From positions 261,355-325,354 of the forward strand of contig CALOAN010000021.1 of the NCBI GenBank assembly GCA_942491345.1: a DNA stretch of 64,000 nt. The letters run 5' to 3'. Shown in pieces: positions 36,399 to 46,868 of this stretch. The translations under genes were made by a program, and so were the position numbers. Position 1 is the stretch's first letter, and every line of letters starts with the position of its first letter. This DNA is from an uncultured actinomycete (GTDB lineage Bacteria > Actinomycetota > Acidimicrobiia > Spongiisociales > UBA5794). Under the pieces are notes generated by a model that did no database searches, was not told where the DNA came from, and worked only from the letters and a program-made list of their open reading frames with translations.

Positions 36399-37012
36399 CA
36401 GTCGGTGCTGTTCTTCGTCGGCGTAGCGATTCCGTTCATCAGCACCTCGACGCTTTCCTGAATCGACGGCTTTTCGTCGGATGAGATCAGAGGATGTGCC
36501 GTGGCGAAGACGAATCCCCGGAACGCAATCGCCGCCTGATGTGGACTGACGCGGATCTCGTTGCGGTTCCGTTCGAACAGTGTGGTCAGCGCGCGGAGGA
36601 TTGCGGTGTTCGCGTCCATGACGTATTGGCGGGCGCCCGACGGGGGGCCGCCGGCGTGCGAACCCGATGCCCGAAGCACTCCGATGAGGGCGGCGACCCG
36701 TTCCGAGCGTTCCACGAGGATGCGTGCTGCGGTTTCGAGTTGGTTGGCGAGAGGTGTCGTCGGGGGAATCGCCGCGATGGCCTGCTGGATCTGATCCGGG
36801 TCCATGCCGGCTTTGACGGCTTCGTGAATCACCGATGACTTGTCGGGAAAGACACGAAAGATGGTCCCTTCGGCGATACCGGCCGCTTCGGCCATCTCGC
36901 GCGTGGTGACGGCAGGTCCCTTCTCCAAGAAGAGGGGGATCACTGCCTCGACGATCGCCCGACGACGGTCGTCGGCCGGGAGCGGTTCTGCACGTTCATG
37001 TCGTGTGGGCAC
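36398..37012 (-). CDS. TetR-family regulator, first gene of the ABC exporter operon
   Basis: RRAIVEAVIPLFLEKGPAVTTREMAEAAGIAEGTIFRVFPDKSSV. I chose the GTG start at 37012, just downstream of the palindrome; the ORF maximum is 37210. Confidence 0.75.
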   Translation of the reverse strand: MPTRHERAEPLPADDRRRAIVEAVIPLFLEKGPAVTTREMAEAAGIAEGTIFRVFPDKSSVIHEAVKAGMDPDQIQQAIAAIPPTTPLANQLETAARILVERSERVAALIGVLRASGSHAGGPPSGARQYVMDANTAILRALTTLFERNRNEIRVSPHQAAIAFRGFVFATAHPLISSDEKPSIQESVEVLMNGIATPTKNSTD

Positions 37013-37023
37013 GACGACAGCAT

Positions 37024-37047
37024 AGCTGAGTGAGCGCTCACTCAGCT
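37024..37047. promoter_or_regulatory. Perfect 24-bp palindrome, candidate TetR operator
   Basis: AGCTGAGTGAGC|GCTCACTCAGCT, located between the aceE stop (37095) and the TetR start. Confidence 0.6.
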
Positions 37048-37094
37048 CGGTCGAGGTGACCGGGGGGATGCCCCAGATTCCCGAGGAGCCTCGC

Positions 37095-39800
37095 TCAACG
37101 CTTCCAGGGATCTCCAACGTCCGGGTCGATGCCGAAACGTTCGATCGCCTCGCGCACGACCCCGGGATCGATCCGCTGGTCGCGTGCGAGCGCGGACAGC
37201 GTTGCGACAACTACGTGGCCGGCGTCGGTCTCGAAGAATTCGCGGAGGGCCTCCCGAGTGTCGCTGCGCCCGTATCCGTCGGTTCCGAGCGACGTGTACG
37301 AACGGGGAACCCAGCGCGAGATCTGGTCCGGGACCGTGCGCATGTAGTCGGTGACGGCGATGACCGGCCCGAGCGTGCCTTCGAGCTGCCGTGTCACGAA
37401 GGGAACCTTCGGACCCTCGCCGGGATGCAGGCTGTTCCAACGGTCCACCGACATGGCCTCTTCTCGCAGCTTCTTGTAGGACGTGGCGCTCCAGAGTTCG
37501 GCCCCAACGCCGTATTCCTCGGCGAGGATGGTCTGAGCTTCCCGTGCCGCCGAATGAGATGGACCCGAGAACAGGATGGTCGCGCGGTACTTCGTGCCGG
37601 TCGGTGCCGGCGCCCATCTGTACAGGCCGTCGATGATTCCCTGATCGGACCCTTCCGGCTTCGGCGGTTGGGCGTAGGCCTCGTTGTAGAGCGTGAGGTA
37701 GTAGTAGACGTCTTCGTTGTCGACGTACATGCGCTTCAGGCCGTGTTCGATGATCCCGGCGATCTCGTAGGCGAACGCCGGGTCATATGCCTCGCATGCC
37801 GGGATGACCGAGGCGAGAACGTGGCTGTGCCCATCCTGATGCTGGAGGCCCTCGCCCAACAGCGTCGTTCGTCCCGATGTTGCGCCGAGGAGGAACCCGC
37901 GTGCGCGCGAGTCTGACGCGGCCCACAATAGGTCACCGACGCGTTGGAACCCGAACATCGAGTAGTACGTGTAGAACGGCACCATCGGCACGCCGCGGGT
38001 GGCGTATGAGGTTCCGGCGGCGATCCAGCTCGCCGTCGATCCGGCTTCGGTTATGCCCTGCTCGAGGATTTGACCGGACTGCGATTCCTTGTACGAGAGG
38101 ATCAGGCTGTGATCGACCGGTTCGTAGAGCTGGCCCTGCGAGGCGTAGATCTGTAGCTCCTTGAACAGCGCATCCATCCCGAAGGTGCGTCCTTCGTCCG
38201 GGATGATCGGCACAACACGGCGCCCGAACTGCTCGTCACGAGCGAGGCTTCGCAGCAGACGGGTGAAGACGCCGGTCGTGGACGCCTCGGCGTCGCCCGA
38301 TCCGGCATCGAACTCGGCGAAAGCCTTGTGGTCAGGCATCTCGATCGGTGTGCGGATCTCGAGCGTCCGACTCGGCACCGGACCGTTGAGCGCGTCCCTG
38401 CGCTCGGTCAAGTAGCGGTACTCGGGCGAGTCAACCGGGGGCCGGTAGTACGGCGGGCGGTCGAGTTCGAGTGCCTCATCGGGTATCTCATCGTTGAGGG
38501 ATAGCAGGTCACGAAGGCCGACCAGCTGGTCGCCCGTGAGGTTCTTGACGGAATGGGTTGCGTTCCTGCCCTGAACCTGGGGTCCGAGCGTCCAACCCTT
38601 GATGGTCTTCGCGAGGATTACCGTCGGTCGGCCCTTCATCTCCGTCGCCGCCTTGTAGGCGGCGTAGATCTTGCGATAGTCCAGACCGCCGCGGCGGAGA
38701 GCCCACAGGTCATCGTCGGTCATGTCTCGGACGAGTTGGCCGAGGCGGGGATCCGGGCCGAAGAAGTGCTTGCGCACGTACGCGCCGGACTCTGCCTTGT
38801 AGCGCTGGAATTCGCCGTCGACGGTGGAGTTCATCTTGTCGATGAGCACCCCTTCGGTGTCTCGGGCGAGCAGTGGGTCCCAACCCGAACCCCAAATCAC
38901 CTTGATGACGTTCCAGCCGTTGCCGCGAAAGATCGCTTCAAGTTCCTGGATGATCTTCCCGTTGCCGCGCACGGGGCCGTCGAGGCGCTGGAGGTTGCAG
39001 TTGACGACCCACGTCAGATTGTCGAGCTTCTCGCGGCCTGCGAGGGAGATCGAGCCGAGGGTCTCGGGCTCGTCGGTCTCGCCGTCGCCGAGGAACGACC
39101 ACACGCGGGAGCCGGACGTGTCGTCGAGATCGCGATTCTCGAGGTACTTGAGGAACTGGGCGTGATAGATCGAGTTGATCGGTCCGAGGCCCATCGAGAC
39201 CGTCGGGTACTCCCAGAATTTCGACATGAGCCGCGGGTGCGGGTAGCTCGACAGGCCGGGTTCGCCGATCTCGCGGCGAAAGCGGTCGAGGTCCGCCTCG
39301 TCGAGGCGCCCTTCGAGGTAGGCACGGGCATATACGCCGGGCGCGGCGTGGCCCTGGAAGTAGATATGGTCGCCCGGCTGACCGTCGGCGGTCCCCCGGA
39401 AGAAGTGGTTGTAGCCAACCTCATAGAGGGTTGCCGAGGAGGCGAAGGTCGAGAGGTGGCCGCCGATGCCGGGGGCAGCACGATTGGCGCGGATGACCAT
39501 AACCGCGGCGTTCCAGCGAATGAACCTGCGGATTCGTTTCTCGAGCTGCGCGTCGCCGGGGAACGGCGGCTCATCTTCGGGTGGGATCGTGTTGACGTAG
39601 GGTGTTGATACCGCGCCTGGAACCGCGATGTGGTTGCGCGCAGCCTCTCGGATGAGGCGCGCGACCAGGTATTGAGCCCGGCCCTGGCCGTCGGTCGCGA
39701 CAACTGAGTCGAACGCGTCGAGCCATTCTGCGGTCTCCGTCGGATCCGTGTCGATGTGTGGTCCGGTGTATCCGTCAATGAAGGTGGGTGGTTCGCTCAT
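37095..39800 (-). CDS. aceE: Pyruvate dehydrogenase E1 component (homodimeric type)
   Basis: About 900 aa. DTDPTETAEWLDAFDSVV N-terminus, and a GDGETDEPE thiamine-PP binding region. Confidence 0.9.
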   Translation of the reverse strand: MSEPPTFIDGYTGPHIDTDPTETAEWLDAFDSVVATDGQGRAQYLVARLIREAARNHIAVPGAVSTPYVNTIPPEDEPPFPGDAQLEKRIRRFIRWNAAVMVIRANRAAPGIGGHLSTFASSATLYEVGYNHFFRGTADGQPGDHIYFQGHAAPGVYARAYLEGRLDEADLDRFRREIGEPGLSSYPHPRLMSKFWEYPTVSMGLGPINSIYHAQFLKYLENRDLDDTSGSRVWSFLGDGETDEPETLGSISLAGREKLDNLTWVVNCNLQRLDGPVRGNGKIIQELEAIFRGNGWNVIKVIWGSGWDPLLARDTEGVLIDKMNSTVDGEFQRYKAESGAYVRKHFFGPDPRLGQLVRDMTDDDLWALRRGGLDYRKIYAAYKAATEMKGRPTVILAKTIKGWTLGPQVQGRNATHSVKNLTGDQLVGLRDLLSLNDEIPDEALELDRPPYYRPPVDSPEYRYLTERRDALNGPVPSRTLEIRTPIEMPDHKAFAEFDAGSGDAEASTTGVFTRLLRSLARDEQFGRRVVPIIPDEGRTFGMDALFKELQIYASQGQLYEPVDHSLILSYKESQSGQILEQGITEAGSTASWIAAGTSYATRGVPMVPFYTYYSMFGFQRVGDLLWAASDSRARGFLLGATSGRTTLLGEGLQHQDGHSHVLASVIPACEAYDPAFAYEIAGIIEHGLKRMYVDNEDVYYYLTLYNEAYAQPPKPEGSDQGIIDGLYRWAPAPTGTKYRATILFSGPSHSAAREAQTILAEEYGVGAELWSATSYKKLREEAMSVDRWNSLHPGEGPKVPFVTRQLEGTLGPVIAVTDYMRTVPDQISRWVPRSYTSLGTDGYGRSDTREALREFFETDAGHVVVATLSALARDQRIDPGVVREAIERFGIDPDVGDPWKR

Positions 39801-39874
39801 ACCTATGAATCTCTTTGTTGGAGGTGTCTGAGCGTACTGAGATGCGAGTCTTTGGGCGACAGAAAGTGGGACGC

Positions 39875-40433
39875 GAGACTTGAGACACGAGACTTGAGAC
39901 ACGCGTCGGACCTCATGTTCGTGATCCGAGCTCCCAGGCCGCCCCCTCTGCGACCGGACTTGCGTCCGGCCGCGTCTCCCCCACTACGTGGTGGAGACAA
40001 AGGCCCGGGCCGCCCCCTCCCGCCCTCGCTGCGCTCGGGCACCCTGGCAGCGGGCCTCATCTGCGCGATTCTGGCTCCCAGGCCGCCCCCTCCCGCCCTC
40101 GCTGCGCTCGGGCATCCTGGCAGCGGGCCTCATCTGCGCGATTCTGGCCCAGGCGCCCCCCCCGCCCTCGCTGCGCTCGGGCATCCTGGCAGCGGGCCTC
40201 ATCTGCGCGATTCTGGCTCCCAGGCCGCCCCCTCCCGCCCTCGCTGCGCTCGGGCACCCTGGCAGCGGGCCTCATCTGCGCGATTCTGGCTCCCAGGCCG
40301 CCCCCTCCCGCCCTCGCTGCGCTCGGGCACCCTCCCCCACCTTCGGTGGTGGAGGGGAGAAGCGGAGGGTTTTCGCCTCTCCCACGGAGTGGGGGAGGTG
40401 CGTCCGGCCAATTGCCCGGACGCGGAGGGGGCT
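39875..40433. repeat. Largest copy of the GC-rich mosaic element (14-bp doublet, X module, H1 hairpins, 73-bp array, H2 palindrome)
   Basis: gagacttgagacac x2 (39875-39902); H1 at 39974-39998; 73-bp array; cUUCGg-looped hairpin at about 40333-40356; CGTCCGGCCAATTGCCCGGACG; ends with cgcggagggggct (40421-40433). Confidence 0.8.
40008..40333. repeat. 73-bp tandem repeat, about 4.5 units
   Basis: Units start at 40008, 40081, 40152, 40223 and 40296. Units 2 and 3 are 71 nt (two 2-nt deletions). Unit = ggccgccccctcccgccctcgctgcgctcgggcaccctggcagcgggcctcatctgcgcgattctggctccca. Confidence 0.85.
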
Positions 40434-40451
40434 CTGTCGAAAGAGCGGCTT

Positions 40452-42916
<2,465 letters not shown>

Positions 42917-42933
42917 TCAGTTGATGGTCGGTG

Positions 42934-42981
42934 CTACGCGACAGCTCCACACGGCTTCATATGTGCCATGGGCATCATCAT
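42934..42981 (-). CDS. Candidate Met-rich leader peptide (MMMPMAHMKPCGAVA; possibly 22 aa from an in-frame ATG at 43002)
   Basis: ATG ATG ATG CCC ATG GCA CAT ATG AAG CCG TGT GGA GCT GTC GCG TAG read directly from the sequence. 5 of the first 8 codons are AUG. No obvious SD. Confidence 0.6.
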   Translation of the reverse strand: MMMPMAHMKPCGAVA

Positions 42982-43011
42982 GGTGGTGCGTGCAGCGGTC
43001 ATTGCGGAGGG

Positions 43012-43041
43012 AAGGTAGTGCCGGCATCGACCGCGTGTCAA
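43012..43041 (-). promoter_or_regulatory. Possible sigma-70-type promoter of the metY leader
   Basis: TTGACA (43041-43036), 18 nt spacer, TACCTT (43017-43012), about 10 nt before the in-frame ATG at 43002. Confidence 0.35.
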
Positions 43042-43062
43042 GGGTTGTGGGTCTTGTGCGGC

Positions 43063-43812
43063 TCAGCGCCTGGCGGCGAGCTCGTTCACGACCGCCGCCG
43101 TTGCGTCGATGACTGCCCGCTGCTGTTCGTCGCGCGTAATCGTTGCCGGGTTGTCGCCGCGCTGATCGCCATACCAGCCGAAGTATGCGTGGTTTCCACC
43201 TTCGATCCCGACGAACGCAGTGCTCGAAGGGAGCCGGACCCGGGAATCGTCGATGTCGGCGACCGTGGTGAGTCCGTCGAGTGTGCCGAAGATGGATGTG
43301 GTCACACCACCCCACGAAGACAGGTCAACGCCGTTCTCCGGATAGGAGCCCCAGAGCGCAAGGCCACCAATGGCTTCGGGGTTGTTTGAGGTGTACCGAG
43401 CAGCCATGACACCCCCGAGCGAGTGTCCGGCAATGACCCAATTGGTGATTTCCGGATGGTCCTCGATGACGCCGTCGGCCCGGTTGCCGCCGAGGATCGC
43501 GAAGCTGAGCGGCATCGGGACGATGGCGACGAACACCCCGCTGCTGGCCAGGGCATGGGCGGCCGGTGCGTACGAACGTGGCTCCACCAGAGCTCCGGGG
43601 TAGATGATGAGGCCGCTCGTTGTTCCCTCGACTGGAGTGAAGGTGATCGGCCGGCCGTCAACCACGGTGACGGTCTCGGTTGACTCCATCGCTGCGAGCG
43701 CCTCCGGCATCGGCCCCTTGGTCAGGATCGGCGGGACGATCAGGATCGCCGCCACGATGAGCGCCACCACCACGCCGAGGACGATGCCGGTGATCTTCAG
43801 CGATCGTCGCAT
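43063..43812 (-). CDS. Membrane-anchored alpha/beta hydrolase
   Basis: N-terminal TM helix, GHSLGG nucleophile elbow, GGAGGAGG RBS before the ATG at 43812. Confidence 0.7.
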   Translation of the reverse strand: MRRSLKITGIVLGVVVALIVAAILIVPPILTKGPMPEALAAMESTETVTVVDGRPITFTPVEGTTSGLIIYPGALVEPRSYAPAAHALASSGVFVAIVPMPLSFAILGGNRADGVIEDHPEITNWVIAGHSLGGVMAARYTSNNPEAIGGLALWGSYPENGVDLSSWGGVTTSIFGTLDGLTTVADIDDSRVRLPSSTAFVGIEGGNHAYFGWYGDQRGDNPATITRDEQQRAVIDATAAVVNELAARR

Positions 43813-43894
43813 GGTGAATCCTCCTCCGCGTCGGCCAGTCGATGAGACGGCTCCCATTCTGGCGCATCTCGCACACCGGTCGATCGGGTCATCG

Positions 43895-45233
43895 TCAAGT
43901 CTTGGCGGCCTCGAACCTTCGGAGGGTGATCTCTCGCGCCTCGGCATGGTCGATCATCGGGTAGGGGTAGTCCTCGCCGAGGGTGATACCTGCTGCGGCG
44001 GTCTCGAGCGGACGTTCCCACGGGGCATGGATCCCAGGTCCGTCGAGTGACGCCAATTCCGGGACGTACCTCCGGATGTATGCACCATCCGGATCAAACC
44101 GGCGGCTCTGGGCGACCGGATTCATGATGCGAAAGTAGGGGGCCGCGTCGGCGCCGGTGCCCGCCACCCATTGCCAGTTCCCGACGTTCTGCGACGTGTC
44201 GGCGTCGATCAGGAGGCGCCGGAAGTGGCGTTCGCCGATCCTCCAGTCGATGCCGAGATCCTTGACCAGGAACGAGGCCGTGACCATGCGCACACGCCCG
44301 TGCATCCATCCTTCGGCCACGGAGCTGCCGCATGCCGGCGTCGACCATCGGATAGCCGGTCCTCCCGTCCTTCCACGCACGGACCGCTTCGCCGTCGTCT
44401 TCCCACACGATCGAAGCGAGATCGTCACGGAAGGAGTGGTCGACCGAGTGTGGAGCGTGGAAGAGGACCTGAGCGTAGAAGTCGCGCCAAGCGAGCTGGC
44501 GCACAAACGCCTGCCGACCGTCGGTCGCCGTACCCACGTGTTCGGCGACGGTGCGAGCCGCGACCGTCCCGAACTTCAAATCGGCCGAGAGGTGAGAGGT
44601 CCGGTCGAGGTCCGGCCGATTGCGGTCCGCCTCGTAGCCGTCGACGACCTCGAGGAATCGCTCCAGCCGCTCGCGTGCGCCGACCTCGCCCGGGGCCGCG
44701 ACCGGTGATTCCACGGGAGGGAGTTCGATACCACCGTGTGCGATGATCGTGGCCTGGCCTGCCTGTGGCCACGGTTCGACCGGTGTCTTGCTCCAGGAGC
44801 GGTAGTACGGGGTGAACACCCGGTACGGCGTGCCGCCGCCCGTCATCACCGTTTCCGGTGCTCGTACAACGTTGCCGTCGTACGTTTCGATTGGCGGTCC
44901 AGTTCCTGCGGCGACATCGGCGTCACGCCGTTGGGAGAACGGCGTGTAGTCGCGATTCCAGTACACCGCGTCATGCCGGCGGGCGACGGCGGGGACCACC
45001 AGTTCCGGGTCGCCGGTCTCCACCGTGAGGCTGCCGCCCAGGCGCCGGAGTTCCGCGTCGAGCGCGTGGAGATGGGCGAACAGCAGATCTCGCCGAAGAT
45101 CGCCTGCGGTGGCGAGCAGGCGCCGGTCGAGGACGAACAGTGCCGCCACTTCATCGTGGTCGAGAGTTGCGGCAGCCCACGCCGGATTGTCCGCAAGGCG
45201 GAGATCCCGCCGGAACCAGACCAGCGAACTCAC
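43895..45233 (-). pseudogene. phr: Deoxyribodipyrimidine photolyase, reading frame broken by a +1-nt shift near 44312-44322
   Basis: The N-terminal frame reads VWFRRDLRLADNPAW...GYPMVDAGMRQL. The conserved continuation GWMHGRVRMVTASFLVKDL...NWQWVAGTGADAAPYFRIMNP is in another frame (ORF 43895-44506). Total length is 1 mod 3. GTG start overlaps the upstream stop (GTGA at 45230-45233). Confidence 0.8.
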
Positions 45234-46714
45234 TCGAGGCCGTCTTCGACCACCGGAGCCGCAGAAGATATGCGGTCCCTGAGTTCGGCCGTCGCAGCAA
45301 TCCGGCGGGCCATGTTCCCAAAGATGAACGCATGGAAGGGGAGGAGTGCATACCAGTAGAGGCGACCGCTGAGTCCCCGCGGCCGGAAATAGGCGTTCTG
45401 GTGAAGCACGGTGACGTCGCCGCTGCGCTCTGTGCTCCATTCCAGCCACGCATCGCCCGGAAGCCGCATCTCAGCAGAGAGTTGGAGCCAGCGGCCTGGT
45501 TCGACGGCGGTGACGCGCCAGAAGTCGACGGTGTCCTCGAGGCGGACGTCTTCCGGATGGCGGCGTCCACGCCGGAGCCCGACGCCGCCCATGACGATAT
45601 CGAGGATCCCCCGCAGCCTCCACGCCCAATCGAAGCCGTGGTAGCCGACGTCTCCGCCAATCCGTGCGAACGACCAGAACACATCCGCGGGGTCTGCTGT
45701 TGTTGTTGCGGTCTGGTGATCCACGAACAAGCTTCCACCGCTCCAGGATGGGTCTCCTTCGAATCGTTGGGCTGGGCCCGTTGTTGCATCCGACCACCGG
45801 GTGTCGACGCTGAGATCTGTGCTGTGCTCGAGGGCCCGTTCAATGGCCGTGTCGAGCGGAGTCGGCCCGATGCCGAATTGGACGTGTGCCGCGTCGCGCG
45901 AACGACGACCTCGTTCTTGAGCGAGTCGACCAGGGGCCGGGCAACTCCAACGGGGAGCGGGGTCACGAGTCCGATCCAGAGTGACGAAAGGCGCGGGGTG
46001 AGCACGGGAACCGGAACGACGAATCGGACGCGGAAGCCCCGCCACCCGCGCATACGCTTGCATCATGTCGAGGTAAGAGAGCACCTCGGGCCCGCCGATC
46101 TCGTACACCGTGTGACCTGGGGTTGTCTCGTTGAGACATGCAATCAGGTAGAGGAGTACGTCGCGAATGGCGATCGGCTGGCATCTGGTCTGGACCCACG
46201 ACGGGGTGACCATGGCCGGCAGCACCTCGGTGAGGTAGCGGAGCATCTCGAACGAAACGGATCCGGATCCGATGATCACCGCCGCACGTAGTTCAGTGAC
46301 GGGAACCGGTCCTGAAGCGAGGGCTCGGCCAACTTCGTGCCGGCTGCCGAGATGTGTGGAAAGGCGGTCGTCCTCGTCACCAAGCCCTCCGAGGTAGACG
46401 ATGCGTTCCACACCGGATTCCGCTGCCGCTTCGGCGAAGTTGGTTGCGGCGATCCGGTCTGTGTCCCGGAAGCTGTCGGCGCTGCCCATCGAATGGATGA
46501 GGTAGTAGGCGACATCGCATCCGGCGAGAGCATCGACCAGAGTGTCGGGCTGGAGGACGTCTGCCGTCACCGCTTCAACATCGTCGCTCCACGAGCGACC
46601 GGCGAGCTTCGCCGGGTTGCGAACTGGACAGACAACTTCGTGTCCCTCGGCAAGCAGCCGCGGGACAAGCCTGCCTCCGATGTATCCGGTTGCGCCCGTG
46701 ACGGCGATTCTCAT
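45230..46714 (-). CDS. NAD(P)-binding SDR/NmrA-like domain fused to DUF2867; contains an internal compensated double frameshift
   Basis: MRIAVTGATGYIGGRLVPRLL.... The ORF stays open, but the family-typical RFVVPVPVLTPRLSSLWIGLVTPLPVGVARPLVDSLKNEVVV (45901-46026) is encoded in a different frame. Confidence 0.7.
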   Translation of the reverse strand: MRIAVTGATGYIGGRLVPRLLAEGHEVVCPVRNPAKLAGRSWSDDVEAVTADVLQPDTLVDALAGCDVAYYLIHSMGSADSFRDTDRIAATNFAEAAAESGVERIVYLGGLGDEDDRLSTHLGSRHEVGRALASGPVPVTELRAAVIIGSGSVSFEMLRYLTEVLPAMVTPSWVQTRCQPIAIRDVLLYLIACLNETTPGHTVYEIGGPEVLSYLDMMQAYARVAGLPRPIRRSGSRAHPAPFVTLDRTRDPAPRWSCPAPGRLAQERGRRSRDAAHVQFGIGPTPLDTAIERALEHSTDLSVDTRWSDATTGPAQRFEGDPSWSGGSLFVDHQTATTTADPADVFWSFARIGGDVGYHGFDWAWRLRGILDIVMGGVGLRRGRRHPEDVRLEDTVDFWRVTAVEPGRWLQLSAEMRLPGDAWLEWSTERSGDVTVLHQNAYFRPRGLSGRLYWYALLPFHAFIFGNMARRIAATAELRDRISSAAPVVEDGLE

Positions 46715-46868
46715 GGTGGCCTCTCTTCCGACGGTACTACGAAGCTACGGCACCCGTTGGATCGGCGTGGCACGTCGACGCGTCGTGAGGAAAGTTAACA
46801 CTAAATCTCATCCAGTCGACGTGGCGGTTCCGTACATAGGACAGTCAACCCCAAAAAGGAGGGGCAGA

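Noticed and set aside
40008-40333. Possible CRISPR array (regular GC-rich repeats)
   Set aside because: The 73-bp units abut each other directly, with no unique spacers. The unit is a module of a dispersed intergenic element. No cas genes are in the window.
44300-44330. Programmed ribosomal frameshifting as an explanation for the four disrupted genes
   Set aside because: There is no slippery heptamer or stimulatory structure at any of the shift sites (44312-44322, about 46030/45895, 58570-58590, 63041). The affected genes are unrelated enzymes. Indel mutation or assembly error is simpler.
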